A DNA stretch of 64,000 nt from Bacteroidota bacterium (GTDB taxonomy: Bacteria > Bacteroidota > Bacteroidia > AKYH767-A > OLB10), in contig JADKIC010000011.1 in NCBI GenBank assembly GCA_016721435.1, positions 13,446-77,445 of the forward strand. Direction: 5' to 3'. Shown here in pieces: positions 35,099-48,210 of this stretch. The position numbers and the translations under genes are program-made. Within the stretch, counting starts at the first letter, position 1, and the number at the start of each line of letters is the position of its first letter. The notes under the pieces are model-generated. The model worked only from the letters and a program-made list of their open reading frames with translations, did not search any database and was not told where the DNA came from.

Positions 35099-37775
35099 AT
35101 GAAAATACGTGAGATCAGGGCAATGCGAGGCCCTAACTACTGGTCGATTCGACGCCATTTCTTGATAGTGATGAAACTTGATCTGGAAGAAATGGAGGAG
35201 CGCCCGTCAAATTTGATTGAAGGATTCTCAGAACGGCTGGAAAAAATGTTTCCTACTATGTATGAACATGAGTGTTCGGAAGGACATCCGGGAGGCTTTT
35301 TTAAGCGTGTTGCGGATGGAACCTGGATGGGACATGTAGTTGAGCATATTGCACTCGAAATCCAAACACTTGCCGGAATGGATGTGGGGTTTGGCCGAAC
35401 AAGATCTACTTCCGAGCCGGGCGTTTATAACGTGGTTTTTACTTACATGGAAGAAAAAGTGGGCATTTATGCAGCAAAGGCCGCAGTTCGTATAGTCGAG
35501 GCGTTAGTGGAAGGCAAAGACTATCCGCTTGAAGACGATATTCAAAAGATGCGCGAATTGCGTGAAGATGAGCGACTGGGTCCGAGTACAGGTTCTATTG
35601 TAGAAGAAGCAGCTGCAAGGGGAATTCCATGGATTCGTCTGAACCGGCATTCCCTTGTGATGCTGGGCTATGGTGTCAATCAAAAGAGAATTCAGGCCAC
35701 TATTACCAGTCAGACCGGGAGTATTGCGGTAGAAATTGCCTGTGATAAAGAAGAGACCAAGAATCTACTGGAAGCGGCAAATATTCCTGTACCAAAAGGT
35801 CGTATCATTTATGATGAGGAAGATTTGGAGAATGCAATAGTTTCGATTGGCTTTCCGATGGTCATAAAACCGGTGAACGGGAATCATGGTCGTGGAGCAA
35901 CTATTAATATCCGATCAAAAGAAGATGCCATTGAGGCCTTAGGATTAGCGAAGAAAATTTCCCGGGCTGTAATTTGTGAAAAGTACATTACCGGATTTGA
36001 TCACCGCGTATTAGTCATCGATTACAAATTTGTAGCAGCAGCTAAAAGAACTCCGGCGATGGTGAAGGGTGACGGCAAACTTAATATCCAACAACTCATC
36101 GATGAGGTAAACAAAGATCCGCGTCGGGGTTATGGTCATGAAAAGGTGCTCACTGCAATCAAAGTAGATGAGATGACCAATAATATCTTACTCGAGAAGG
36201 GACTGACGTTGGAAAGTGTATTGCCTGCAGGGGAAATTTTATATCTTAAATCAACTGCAAATATTTCTACCGGAGGCACTGCAACGGATATTAGTGATCA
36301 TGTTCATCCGCACAATATTTTTATGGCGGAACGAATTGCACGGATTATCGGCCTCGATATTTGCGGTATCGATATTATGGCAGATGATCTTGGCTTACCC
36401 ATTTCAGAGACGGGAGGCGCAATTCTTGAAGTAAATGCTGCACCCGGTTTCCGTATGCATCTTGCCCCGACAGAAGGTCTCCCTCGCAATGTGGCCGAAC
36501 CGGTGATCAATATGCTGTTTCCGCCCGGTGCTCCCTTAAAATACCCATTGTTGCTGTTACCGGAACCAATGGAAAACCACCACTACCCGACTCATGGCGC
36601 ATATCGCGAAAACGGCGGGATATAAAGTTGGATTTACAACTACCGATGGTATTTACATCCAGAATATCATGATGCAACGCGGAGATTGTACAGGTCCGCA
36701 AAGTGCTGAATTTGTTTTAAAGGATCCTACTGTTGATTTTGCTGTTCTTGAAACTGCCAGAGGGGGATACTCAGAGCAGGTTTGGGATTTCATCAATGCG
36801 ATATCGGTATTGTTACGAATGTCGCAGCGGATCATCTTGGATTGAAAGATATCAATTCCCTGGAAGATATGGCCCGGGTGAAATCCATCGTTCCGGAAGC
36901 GGTGATGCCCGGTGGTTATGCTATCCTGAACGCCGATGATGAATTGGTGTATGGAATGGCGAAAGGTTTGCAATGTAATGTTGCTTATTTTTCAATGGAT
37001 GAGAAAAACCCGCTAATAGAAGAACATTGTGAGAAAGGTGGACTAGCGGCCATTGCCGAGAATGGATTTATCACTATCTGTAAAGGCACCTGGAAAATCA
37101 GAGTGGAGAAAATTGTAAATATACCCCTCACCTTCCGCGGAAAAGCTGCCTTTATGATTCAGAATATTTTACCGGCAGTGCTTACCGGCTTTATTCGGAA
37201 TTTTAAAATAGAAGATATTCGTCTCGCTCTGGAAACATTTATTCCATCACCGGTTCAAACGCCGGGTCGTATGAATATGTTTGAATTCAGGAAGTTTAAT
37301 GTGATGGTGGATTATGCTCATAATCCTGCCGGATTTCAGGCGATTTCCAAGTTCATCGAGAAGATTGAAGCAAAACCCAAGATTGGAATTATTGCAGGTG
37401 TTGGTGATCGCAGAGATGAGGATATTATCGCGCTGGGTACGCTCGCCGCTAAAATGTTTGATGAAATTATAGTGCGCCAGGACCGCAATTTGAGAGGAAG
37501 ATCAGAGCGTGAAATTATTGACCTGATGCTTCAGGGAGTACATAAGATTGACGTGAATAAAAAGTATACTGTAATACCCAGTGAGCCTGAAGCGATTGAT
37601 TATGCATTCAAGAATGCAAAAAGGGTTCATTCATTGTTATCTGCAGTGATGTCGTTCCGGATGCGCTGGAGCAGGTCATGAAGTATAAAGAGGAAGAAGA
37701 TAAATTTGAGCTGAAGTCTGATGATATTCCGAATCAGCATGAACAGGTAAAATCAGGAATCACCGCCGGTTAATT
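35099..37775 (+). CDS. cphA: Cyanophycin synthetase, full length at about 890 aa, read through at least 4 frameshifts (near 36530, 36565, 36770 and 37640).
   Basis: N-terminus MKIREIRAMRGPNYWS and an ATP-grasp region in ORF 35099-36625. The Mur-ligase-like domain (PIVAVTGTNGK / TTTTRLMAHIAKTAGYKVGFTTTDG / HQCDIGIVTNVAADHLGLKD ... ) is spread over ORFs 36594-36845 and 36782-37681 and adjacent frames. Conserved sequence continues to a stop at 37775. Confidence 0.8.
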
Positions 37776-37783
37776 GATAACAG

Positions 37784-38728
37784 TTGGATAGTATTACTCA
37801 ATTTGTACTTGGTGCTGCTTTAGGAGAATTAGTTGCAGGGAAGAAAGCCGGAAACAAAGCCTTATTTTGGGGCGGTGTTGCCGGCACTATACCCGATCTG
37901 GATATTGTTTTTAGCCCCTTATTTACTGAACTCGAGAATCTTTCGGTTCATCGGGGCTTTAGTCATAGCTTGGTATTTGGATTTCTTGCTGCCCCTGTTT
38001 TTGGCTGGCTATTGAGCAAAATGTATCGAAAACCATCGGCGATGGTTGTAAAGGATTGGGTGAAGCTTTTTTTCTGGGGTATTTTTACGCATCCCCTACT
38101 CGATGCATTTACACTCTATGGTACCCAGCTGTTTTTACCTTTTAGTAACTACAGAGTGGCATTGAATACTATTTCAATTGTTGATCCCGGCTATACCCTA
38201 CCCTTACTCTTAAGTATGATTTTGGTGATGGTTTTTCGACGCAGGAAACCCGACCTTTCATTTGCGATCAATAAAGCCGGTTTGGTGTTAAGTACCGGGT
38301 ATCTGATATTGACGATCTTCAATAAATGGTATGTGGAACGGATTTTTTCAGCAGCTTTAAATGAACAGCGAATAACCGTTGACAATAGCCTTTCTAATCC
38401 TGTTTTGTTTAGTAATTTGTTATGGTACTGTGTGGCCAGAAATGATTCTACTTGCTTTATCGGCTATTATTCCTTGTTGCAGAAAAGCAAAACGGTGCGT
38501 TTTGAATCGTATCAGAGGAATACATATTTAATGCATGTTATAAAAGATAAGGAAGGGTTGGAAAAACTGAAGTGGTTCAGTAAGAATTTTTACGTTGCAG
38601 AAATGAAGAATGACACCCTTTGCTTTTACGATGTGCGGTTTGGTAAAACGGACTTGTTTTCCAAAGAAGATAATGAGAAGACTTTTGTCTTTATTTTAAA
38701 ATCCCCAAGCCGGAGAATCACCCCCTGA
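37784..38728 (+). CDS. Membrane-bound metal-dependent hydrolase, DUF457 (YdjM-like) family, with a C-terminal extension.
   Basis: N-terminus MDSITQFVLGAALGE...GTIPDLD...HRGFSHSL matches DUF457. The N-terminal half is multi-TM. Confidence 0.6.
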   Translation: MDSITQFVLGAALGELVAGKKAGNKALFWGGVAGTIPDLDIVFSPLFTELENLSVHRGFSHSLVFGFLAAPVFGWLLSKMYRKPSAMVVKDWVKLFFWGIFTHPLLDAFTLYGTQLFLPFSNYRVALNTISIVDPGYTLPLLLSMILVMVFRRRKPDLSFAINKAGLVLSTGYLILTIFNKWYVERIFSAALNEQRITVDNSLSNPVLFSNLLWYCVARNDSTCFIGYYSLLQKSKTVRFESYQRNTYLMHVIKDKEGLEKLKWFSKNFYVAEMKNDTLCFYDVRFGKTDLFSKEDNEKTFVFILKSPSRRITP

Positions 38729-38947
38729 TGATTCAACAGTACATATCCAGAGAAGACATGAATTTTAGTGAATTTATGGATCAACTGTTCCGGAGAATTA
38801 AAAGTGAGCATTAAGGAATCGTCACATTAGTTCATTTCGTCGATAGTTTCTTTCGCTTCAGCTAAAAAATAATGTAGATTGTTAATAGCATGTTAATTTT
38901 AGAATCGGTATTAATTGTTAGAATACTTTTGATACCAACTATTCCGC

Positions 38948-41430
38948 ATGAAGCCTCTCCTCTTTGTTTTCATTCTATTGTTTTCTTTAACTTCTCTCCA
39001 CGGAAAGGTAGATATTCCTGATACCCTTAGATCCATTCATGCAGTAAGGATTATTAATGCCCCTAAGATAGATGGGAGATTAAATGAACAGGAATGGCTA
39101 TTGGCAGAGGAGAGCAGTGATTTTATTCAAAGTCGTCCGGAAGAAGGAAAACCATCTACTCAAAAAACTGTAGTTAAAATACTTTATACCGATTTTGCCA
39201 TTTACGTAGGTGCCTGGTGTTATGATTCCCAAGCCGATAGTATTTTTAGGCAGTTGGGTCAAAGAGATGAGCCGGAATTGAATGCCGATAACTTTTATTT
39301 CAAAGTTGACCCTTACAATAATCAGCAGGATGCTTATCAATTCGGAGTTTATGCTTCAGGTGTTCAATTGGACTCTAAATTCAGTGATTTTACTTTTGAT
39401 GCCGTTTGGAATTCAGAGGTGAGTAGCGATGCGAAAGGCTGGTATGTGGAAATGGAAATACCCTATTCAGCATTTCGTTTTCCCGCTATGGAAGTTCAGG
39501 AATGGGGAGTGCAGTTTACCCGGAATGTCAGACGAAGGAGAGAATTTCAGATGTGGGCTTATGTGCCCTCCGTTGCAACGAATGCCCAGCTCTATTGGGG
39601 ACATCTAGAGGCGTGAAAAATGTAAAGACCCCATTGCGACTGTCTATGGTTCCCTATCTGGCATTGAGCTATGAACATAATCCGCTTTTTAATGAAGATG
39701 GAAGTTATAGTTACTCTGATCTTAGTTCCTATAGCTTAGGAGCTGATGTTAAGTATGGTATAGACGATAGATTTACATTGGACATGACGCTTTTGCCTGA
39801 TTTCGGCCAAGTTCAATCGGATCGTATTGTGAAAAATCTGAGTTACAGGGAAGTTGTTTACGACGAGAACCGCCCGTTTTTTAAAGAAGCCATTGAGCTT
39901 TTCAGTAAAGGAAATTTATTTTATTCCAGACGGATAGGTAAAACGCCCTCCGGATTTTATTCGGTTTTTGATGAAGTGATGGAGGATGAAACATTGAGTG
40001 AAAATCCCTCTCAGGTAAAATTACTCAACGCATTAAAAGTTTCAGGTAGAACCGATAAGGGCCTGGGCGTAGGTTTTTTCAATGCGATCACGGATAATGC
40101 GTATGCCACTATTAAAAAGTCGGATGGTAGTCATAGAAGGGTGCTCACGGAGCCCTTTACAAATTATAACATCATAGTATTGGATCAGCAGTTTAAGAAC
40201 AATTCAAATATTTATTTTATTAACGCGAGTACTATTCGCAAAGAAAAATTTGATGATTCCAATGTAAGCGGTGCCGGGGCAAAAATCAGCAATAAAAAGA
40301 ACAATTTCTCAGCCGGAGGTGAAGGTGTTATTACGCAGCGGTTCTCCGAGAATGCGGCGTTGGAAGGCAATGTTTTTAATAACAGTATAGGATACAAATA
40401 CAGTATCGGTGCCGAAAAGCTGGGTGGCAATTTTATGTATGGGTCTTATAGAAATGTTACAAGCCCTGATTATAATGCTACGGATCTGGGGTACTTCAGG
40501 GTAGCAGGACAGAATAATACAGAAGGCTTTTTCAGGTTTAATTTGTACAAGCCCTGGAAGTTTATAAGAGAGTCTTACAACAATTTGAACGTATTCATTA
40601 CTGATGATTTTAAAACCGGGAAAATTGGTGACAATAGCATTTCAATAGATCTTTTTGCCAATCTCTTAAGCTGGAATGCGGTTTTTGCAGGGGCCGGGGC
40701 TCAACTATTCAGGCCGTATGATTTTTTTTAAGCACGCACAGACGGACAGGTTTTTAGAGGACTCCGGTATTATTATACCTACGCCGGAGTCAGCACAGAT
40801 TATAGGAAGAAGCTGGCTATAGATTATAGTTTTAACCTTTCTAATTTCATTGATGAATTTACCTGGTTTGGTTATAACAATCAACTGAGTCTTCGATTCC
40901 GTCCAAATGATAAGTTCTTCCTTACCTATAAATTGGTGTATAATTACGACCCGTTTAATGTAGGTTACGCTGCCCATGATGAGGAAGGCAAACCGCTCAT
41001 TGGAGGCCGAAGATTAGACACATGGGAGAACAGTTTTAAAGGAAGTTATATTTTTAAAAATAATATGTGGCTGACCTTAATTGCACGACACTATTGGATT
41101 ACCGGCGATTATAAAAAGTATTTTTCATTGGATCAGGAGGGCGAAATGATAGAAAACAGCTTGTTTACCGGGAATAGTAATTTCAATTTTAATGTGATGA
41201 ATATTGATATTATCTATGAATGGCGATTTGCACCCGGAAGTATTTTAAATATTATTTATAAAAATGGTTTGTCGAATGAAACGCAAGTGATCAATCATCA
41301 ATTTGGTGATAATTTTAGCAGAGTGATTAATGACCCTCAATCGAGAACAATAGCAATTAAAGTTTTGTATTTTCTCGATTACTTGAAAATACATGGAAAA
41401 TGGGCCGCAGGTATCATAAATCAGCATTAG
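38948..41430 (+). CDS. Large DUF5916-family protein (N-terminal CBM9-like domain followed by a beta-rich domain), about 825 aa, read through about 3 frameshifts (near 39560, 40735 and 40930).
   Basis: Signal peptide and N-terminal RIINAPKIDGRLNEQEW...FYFKVDPYNNQQDAYQFGV match DUF5916/CBM9-like proteins of Bacteroidota. Three consecutive ORFs plus a connecting frame give continuous protein-like sequence. Confidence 0.55.
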
Positions 41431-41623
41431 AAAAAGCTACTTCTTTTACGCGCCCTTCTCATCGTTTTGCAAAAAAGGGCCTTTAGTTCCCGGAAAAAAA
41501 TAAAAATTTGATTTTATTCTTCCTTGTTTAATTGGTGAAGGTATGGGAATCGAATTTTCAGGAAACTGAATTAGAAATTTTTTGTACATTTATTGTCGTA
41601 GAATGGGTAGAAAAGCAATCGGC

Positions 41624-42463
41624 ATGAACAAAAGCTTTATTTCAATAGTATTCCTGCTATTTTCATTTCCCTTGATAGCACAACAAGCAATGGTGGCAGA
41701 GAAATCCCTTCTTTTGAAAACAGGTCTTTTCGCTACAAGCTACACCAGTGTTTTTGATAATGACGGCGAACGTAAAATTACTCCTTCCGTTTTGCATTCG
41801 GGTTTCTATGTTAATGCAGAAGCAGGTATTCATAAACACTGGAGTGTTTTGGTGAATGCTCCACTGTTAATATATAATCATGTGGAAGCTGCGTCAGAAC
41901 CGGGTGGGATAAGCACAAGCACTTCGATTTCCCGTCCGGGTGATATGGAAATGGGTTTAAAGTTTGGCTTTTCACGAAATGATGCCTGGTCAGCATGCTT
42001 CGCATTAGTCCAAAGCCTTGCAACCGGTTATCGGGATAAAAAGACAAATTTGAATACAGGATTTGCAGATTATTATACACAGGCTTTTTTTAATGTGAAA
42101 TACCATCGCTCTACGAAATGGTCAGCACAGACGTATATGGGCTTTACCAATAAAAATCAATATTTCGGTGATGAATTTATGGCAGGAATAACGTTGACCG
42201 TTCTCATTCATAAACACCTACTCATTGATTGGAATATGAATGGCATTTTCCCTCTCGAAAATGCTAGTGAACAACCGAATTTATATTTGCTGGGACTTTA
42301 TCACAATAACCGCGGACTATTAAATACCGGCTATGAAATCACCTATTGGCTGAATAATAAGATGGGAGTATTCACTTCCGGGTGTATTCCTGTAAAAGGT
42401 CAATACCTATACGCAAGTCCAACGATGGGGCTGGGTTTAAAATTGAATTTTAATAAATCGTAA
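41624..42463 (+). CDS. Hypothetical outer-membrane (probably beta-barrel) protein with a signal peptide. The start is likely the internal Met at 41624.
   Basis: MNKSFISIVFLLFSFPLIAQQ signal peptide, and alternating amphipathic beta-strand-like segments with aromatic girdle residues. No named family. Confidence 0.4.
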   Translation: MNKSFISIVFLLFSFPLIAQQAMVAEKSLLLKTGLFATSYTSVFDNDGERKITPSVLHSGFYVNAEAGIHKHWSVLVNAPLLIYNHVEAASEPGGISTSTSISRPGDMEMGLKFGFSRNDAWSACFALVQSLATGYRDKKTNLNTGFADYYTQAFFNVKYHRSTKWSAQTYMGFTNKNQYFGDEFMAGITLTVLIHKHLLIDWNMNGIFPLENASEQPNLYLLGLYHNNRGLLNTGYEITYWLNNKMGVFTSGCIPVKGQYLYASPTMGLGLKLNFNKS

Positions 42464-43226
42464 AAAATTGGTAAAGTAATTTTGTTCTGAATCTATTAAA
42501 CGAATCTTTAAAAAAGCATGGGTATGACAACAAATAATAAAGTCATTGAAAGAAAAAATGTTAACATCAAGCCTATTCCAAATCGTTCCTTCTGACTCAG
42601 TGGGTATGATTCATATCGCTTGACCAGTTCAATCATCGTTTTTTCTTCTCTCATTGCTTTGGGTTATAGAGGGTGAATTATTGATTTACTGTTTACTTAA
42701 TCATAATTGAATTATTGACTCTCAAATTTAAAACTTTAATTTTTACTCCATTAAGGTTTTAGACTTTATTTTTCAAGTTATACACCTCTTTTTTAACAAC
42801 AATTCATATAGGTTGATCTATTAAATTTTTGAGTAATAAAGTATTGGTGAAGATGAAACGGGACCAAATTGGCAGATATTCTATTTCATACCGGTTATAC
42901 AGCTTGGTCACTATTAGTTTTTATCAGATACTTAATCCTTATTAATTCATTTCCAAGTAGATGCACGTTTCATATACTTGTTATTCCTACAATGAAAAAT
43001 TGATGTCCTTTCCAACTCTAAAAGTAGGTAAAACTTTGATTTATAGAACATTGTTAAAGGGTAAAGTGCACTTTAATATTAGAAAAGTACAAGTGCTGCT
43101 GAGTTGATAGGACGCCTCTCACATTAAAATGAAACAAATATGAAGGGATACCAGGATTGTAACCTCTTTCCTTAAAACCTTCGTTACATTGCAATTAAAG
43201 CATGCATCTTTGCAGTATTAACATAA

Positions 43227-44720
43227 ATGAGAAGGGTAAAAATCATGAATAAACAATTAAAGATATTTTCTTCCAAAAATGTCGGTTCCGGCATCTTCCT
43301 CCTATTCTCGATTCTGGTTACGCTATTGTTTTCTGAAGTTAGTGCACGTCCTGCATTGGCTGATACAAAGGATGGCTATGAATTGAAATTTAAAGTAACC
43401 GGATTGAAAGACTCCATGATTTACATTGCTAATTACTATGGAGAAAAGCAGTACCTGAAGGATTCAACACATTGTGATGCGAATGGAAATGTGGTGTTTA
43501 AGGGTGTAGAAGCACTTCCAGGGGGAATCTATTTGTTCGTATTTCCCAATAAAACATATTTTGAATTTTTGATTGACAACGAACAATCGTTTAGTATGGA
43601 GTGTACCTTGGGCAATGTAATTGGTAGTATGAAGGTAAAGGGTTCAGAGAATAACAGATTGTTTTATGAGTACCTGAATTTTATTCAGGAACGTTCAAAG
43701 GAAGTAGAACCGCTCAAAGCACAACTTACAGCCAATGCTGAAGATAAAGTCCTGGTGGATTCATTAGAAAGGGCCATTAAAAAAATAGATCAGAAAGTGG
43801 CCGACTATAAAAACACCTATATCAGTCAATATCCACAGTCTTTTTTAGCTGCTATTTTTAAAGCTTCTAAAGATCCTGTTATTCCGGAATTGCCTAAAAA
43901 AGCAGATGGAAAACCTGATTCTTCCTTCGTCTATTATTATTACCGCGATCATTATTTCGATAATCTGGATTTAGGAGATGAACGATTACTCAGAAGTCCT
44001 GTGTATCATAATAAACTTTCTTTTTTTCTGAAGAGCATGCTTATAAACATACCGGATTCGCTGATTCCGCAGTTAGATATATTGGTTGAAAAGGCTTCTA
44101 AGTCTAAGGAAACGTATAAATACATGGTATGGCTGTTGACCAATACCTATGAAACATCCAATATCATGGGTATGGATGCCGTTTTTGTACACCTCGTTAA
44201 AAATTATTATACCAAGGAAAAGGCGTATTGGGTGGACGATGCTACCCTCTATAAAATTCAGGACCGGGCGCGAATTCTTGAACCGATTTTAATTGGTAAA
44301 AAGGCGAAGAATTTAATTTTAACGGATACACTTGGTGTTTATCAGGCTTTGTATAATGTTGACGCTCCCTTTACCATACTCTATTTTTGGGATCCGGATT
44401 GTGGCCATTGCAAGAAAGTGACGCCTAAGGTGAAAGCCTATTATGATAAAGTAAAATCGAAAGGGATTAAAGTTTTCGCGGTGTGCTCAGAAGTTGAAAT
44501 GGATAAATGGAAAGCCTACATTCGTGATAATAATTTGAACTGGATTAATGTGGCTGATCCTAAACTGCAGAATAATTTCCGCCAGGAATTTGATATTTTA
44601 ACAACACCTCAGATATTTATTCTGGATAAAGACAAGAAGATCCTTGCTAAGAAAATCGATGAGGATAATATGGAGAAAATTCTTGATCGTGAGTTAGAGA
44701 ATCTGGCAAAGAAACCGTAA
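43227..44720 (+). CDS. Thioredoxin-fold thiol-disulfide oxidoreductase of the TlpA/ResA-like family, with a long N-terminal uncharacterised domain.
   Basis: CxxC active site in WDPDCGHCKK, within a TlpA-like C-terminal domain. N-terminal signal/anchor (IFLLFSILVTLLFS). Confidence 0.65.
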   Translation: MRRVKIMNKQLKIFSSKNVGSGIFLLFSILVTLLFSEVSARPALADTKDGYELKFKVTGLKDSMIYIANYYGEKQYLKDSTHCDANGNVVFKGVEALPGGIYLFVFPNKTYFEFLIDNEQSFSMECTLGNVIGSMKVKGSENNRLFYEYLNFIQERSKEVEPLKAQLTANAEDKVLVDSLERAIKKIDQKVADYKNTYISQYPQSFLAAIFKASKDPVIPELPKKADGKPDSSFVYYYYRDHYFDNLDLGDERLLRSPVYHNKLSFFLKSMLINIPDSLIPQLDILVEKASKSKETYKYMVWLLTNTYETSNIMGMDAVFVHLVKNYYTKEKAYWVDDATLYKIQDRARILEPILIGKKAKNLILTDTLGVYQALYNVDAPFTILYFWDPDCGHCKKVTPKVKAYYDKVKSKGIKVFAVCSEVEMDKWKAYIRDNNLNWINVADPKLQNNFRQEFDILTTPQIFILDKDKKILAKKIDEDNMEKILDRELENLAKKP

Positions 44721-44764
44721 AGACTATTCCCGTCTTAGAAGTTAAAGGCAATGGCTGAAGAAAT

Positions 44765-45553
44765 TCAGTACTTGCCTTTATTTTTTACAGATGGAATTGC
44801 TTTTCTCCTGATTAGTTGTTCTCTTTTCGCCATTTCCAACCAGCAAACAATGATGGTGGCATAGAAAAATGAGCCAAGGGAAATGATCACTAAATGTCGG
44901 GTCCAGTTCCAGCTGAGTCCGATGGCTATGCGAATGGAGGCAATGAGTATTGCCAAAAAGAGAATCTTTCCCCAAAATGCTCCACCTGCAAAAAAGGTCT
45001 TCCAGTTTTCCTTAGAGAGTACTTTCTTAAAATTCAAATACACTATCGCCATCGCTAAACATCCCACGATCGTACTCGCATACCAAAGCAAGGAGCAACG
45101 TCTGATTTCATAAGCTCCAACGGTGGCGGTCTCGAACAGAAATGGAATCTGGTGTACCATATAGCCATTGGCATGACAAAAAGAATCCCAGATGAGATGC
45201 GATAGTATTCCGATGAGAGCCGATACAGTAAACATCAGCCAATTCTCCTTCAACCATTCAAAAAAATCCTCCTTGATTTCAAAGTTTATCGTTTCTTTAA
45301 AAAAGTTTAATCGTGGCCAAAGTACCGGATAGATGATGCCATGATAGAGATAGGATAAAATAATGGTGAGTGGAAGATTGAACGTAAGAATTCCACTCAA
45401 TGTATGACTCACCGATGCACAGGAACTGAGCCAGATGAAATATTCAAAATCAGGAACGATACTACCAATAATCAACGCTGTCCAGGAAAGGTTTTTAATC
45501 CTGAATATTTTCAATGGAAGTACGATGGCCGGATGAGCCGGAGTAAAGGGCAT
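44765..45553 (-). CDS. DUF4184-family membrane protein. The start is likely the Met of MPFTPAHPAIVLPL.
   Basis: The MPFTPAHP... N-terminal motif is characteristic of DUF4184. Its ATG lies 1 nt downstream of the upstream gene's TGA. Confidence 0.5.
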   Translation of the reverse strand: MPFTPAHPAIVLPLKIFRIKNLSWTALIIGSIVPDFEYFIWLSSCASVSHTLSGILTFNLPLTIILSYLYHGIIYPVLWPRLNFFKETINFEIKEDFFEWLKENWLMFTVSALIGILSHLIWDSFCHANGYMVHQIPFLFETATVGAYEIRRCSLLWYASTIVGCLAMAIVYLNFKKVLSKENWKTFFAGGAFWGKILFLAILIASIRIAIGLSWNWTRHLVIISLGSFFYATIIVCWLEMAKREQLIRRKAIPSVKNKGKY

Positions 45554-45554
45554 A

Positions 45555-47548
45555 TCAGAGAATACTGAATTCGGTTCTTCGGTTTTGTGCTCTACCCGAT
45601 TCCGTATCATTGCCGGAAACAGGTTTCGTATCACCGTAGCCTTTATACGTTATTCGCGTGGAAGGGATACCTTTCGCCACTAAATAATCCATGACCGCTT
45701 TCGCCCTGTTTTCGGATAAGGTCAAATTGGCTTTTTTATCCCCTGTACTATCCGTATGACCACTTACTTCGATTTTGAAACCGGGCTGAGCCTTTAAAAA
45801 GGAAATTAGTTTTTCCAATTCCAGATAGGAAGATGTCTTTAACTCAAAACGATTGACATCAAAGAAAATATTCTTTAATACCACCTTTTCTCCCGACTTG
45901 GGTTGCTGTAACTTAATAACTAAATCGTACGCATTCTGTTTGTCATTGGCTTCCTTGCATTCGAAGTAATCGGAATAAAACATGTACGTTTCCTTATTCA
46001 CATTCAGCATGTAATTTTTTCCGGCAGGAAGGCATGCCAGAAACTCTCCTCTTTTTTTATCTGTTGTATTGGCAACAATCACTTTCCCGGATTCTACGTC
46101 AATAATTTCAAAACCTGCAGCGAGTGGCAAACCCGTAGAGCCATCCAGTACTTTTGCCTTTACATAGCTCACCAATGCCGGACGAGCCTTTGGGTAAAGA
46201 TTAAAGTTGTATAAATCCAGCGCACCGTTACCTCCTTTTCTGTCACTGGCAAAATAGGCTTTCATTCCATCAGCACTTACTACCAGACTATTTTCATCGG
46301 TATGCGTATTGATCGGATACCCCAGATTTTCAGGAATACCCCAGGAACCGTTTTCTAATCTCCTGCTTACAAAAATATCCAGACCTCCCATTCCCGGGTG
46401 GCCATCTGAACTGAAGTAAAGCGTCTGGTTATCCGGATGTATAAATACGGACTCCTCTACTCCACTTGTATTAATCGTATCACTCAGCTTTACCGGATCT
46501 CCAGGTCATATCCACTTGAAAAGTACTACTGTAAATATCAAAAATCCGGCTCCTGTCACGGGTATAACTTCCCCTCACGAAATAAAGTGTTCTGCCGTCA
46601 GAACTAAAGGATGGTTGCGATTCCCAAGAGGAAGAATTTACCGGTGCACCAATATTCATAGGCTTACTCCAGTTGCCATCGCCGAGACGCTGCGAGAGAT
46701 AAATATCGCAACTGCCTAGTCCATCCGGACGGTCACAAGCAGTAAAAAACAATACTCTGCCATCCGCTGAAATACTTGGTCCTCCTTCGTTCAAAGGACT
46801 GTTGAGTGGCATTCCGGCATTCTTTGCAGTTGTCCAAATAGTATCTTTTAACTTTGAAATGTAAAAATCTTCCTGATGCCCTTCCTGTGCTTTAGCATCC
46901 TTGATATCTCTGGTAAATATGATTTCCTGTTGATCGACGGTGAAGGAAGGGAAATACTCGTTTTCCGGAGTGTTTATGCCCGTGCCTAAATTTACCGGTT
47001 GAAAGGGAACAGGATTTTTAAGTGCTTCCAATGCAAAATCGCATGATTTTATTTTGTGTTCTGCGTCGGTCTTTAACTCAGCCGCCATGGCTGGAACTGC
47101 TTTAAGATATCTTTCAAAATCGCCTTTAGCTGCTGCATAATTTCCCCGCTTTAATTCCAATTCACCGGCAACCATATTCGCACACCCGGCATATAGGCAG
47201 GATCAATTTCTGTGACCTTTCTGTAATGTTCTAACGCACTCGCATAATCACGGCTCTCAATGTAGATTTGGCCGAGAATCAGCCAGGCATCAATAAAGTT
47301 CGGATCTTTTGCAATAGCCGATTCCATCAATCGTATCGCCTTCACATCCTGACCGGAGTTAAATTGCTTGCGTCCGTCTTCATAGTCTCTGATAGCCGAC
47401 TTATTGGTAGAGTACACTTTTTTTGGGCTGAGGTTGTGCAAAGGAAATGGCCGGAAAAATGAAATGAAAAGGGCGACAAAAAAACAAATCTCAATATGAA
47501 TTTCTGTTGTACATTACTGTGTAGAGCGACCTTTCTATGATTAACCAT
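45555..47548 (-). CDS. OmpA-family protein with N-terminal TPR repeats, a TolB-like beta-propeller region and a C-terminal OmpA peptidoglycan-binding domain. About 660 aa, read through at least 3 frameshifts.
   Basis: OmpA-C motifs (KIEVSGHTDSTGD...NLTLSENRAKAV...NRRTEF) in ORF 45555-46391. Propeller-like repeats in 46480-47175, TPR in 47151-47441, and a possible signal peptide in 47342-47548. All on the same strand and contiguous. Confidence 0.65.
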
Positions 47549-47563
47549 TAGCTGAATTAACGT

Positions 47564-48210
47564 TTAGGGAACATGAATAATTTTATGTGTCTGCAGTGAA
47601 ATCGACCATTCCGGATGCAGTTTTACATAATTGATAATGGAGGGAATATGCTTTTCGAATTTTTCATATTCGGGTTGAAGAAATAATTTGCAATTTTTAA
47701 GAACAGCGCCGCCATTTTTTTCTGCCCAATCAAAATCGCTGGTGTGATTGATCACCACTTTCAACTCATGTGCCTTTGCCAGGTTTTCTTGTAGAGGCGC
47801 TTTAAATTTTTCGGAGACACGCAGATCCAGTCCCATTCACCGGTTAATGGATAAGCACCGGACGTCTCCACCGCGATTTCGAACCCTTTCTCATGAAGTA
47901 AACGTGTTAATCGGGTCAAATCGTATAGAGCCGGTTCACCTCCGGTAATTACTACAAATCGGGAAGGTTCTAGCAAGGCCTCAGCCACGATTTCTTCACA
48001 ACTTTTCATGGGGTGACCTGTTGAGCTCCAGGATTCTTTTACATCGCACCAAACACAGCCAATATCGCATCCTCCTAAACGAATAAAAAACGCGGGCCTG
48101 CCGCTATGGTAGCCTTCTCCCTGAATGGTGTAAAAGGACTCCATTACCGGCAATACATCCCCTGAATTACCTGCTGACATGTTCAGGATAAATTCGGTGA
48201 CGGGCAGCAA
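47564..48210 (-). CDS. queE: 7-carboxy-7-deazaguanine synthase (radical SAM), with a frameshift near 47800.
   Basis: N-terminal [36 protein letters not shown] (QueE cluster-binding region). The C-terminal part is in overlapping ORF 47564-47836. Confidence 0.7.
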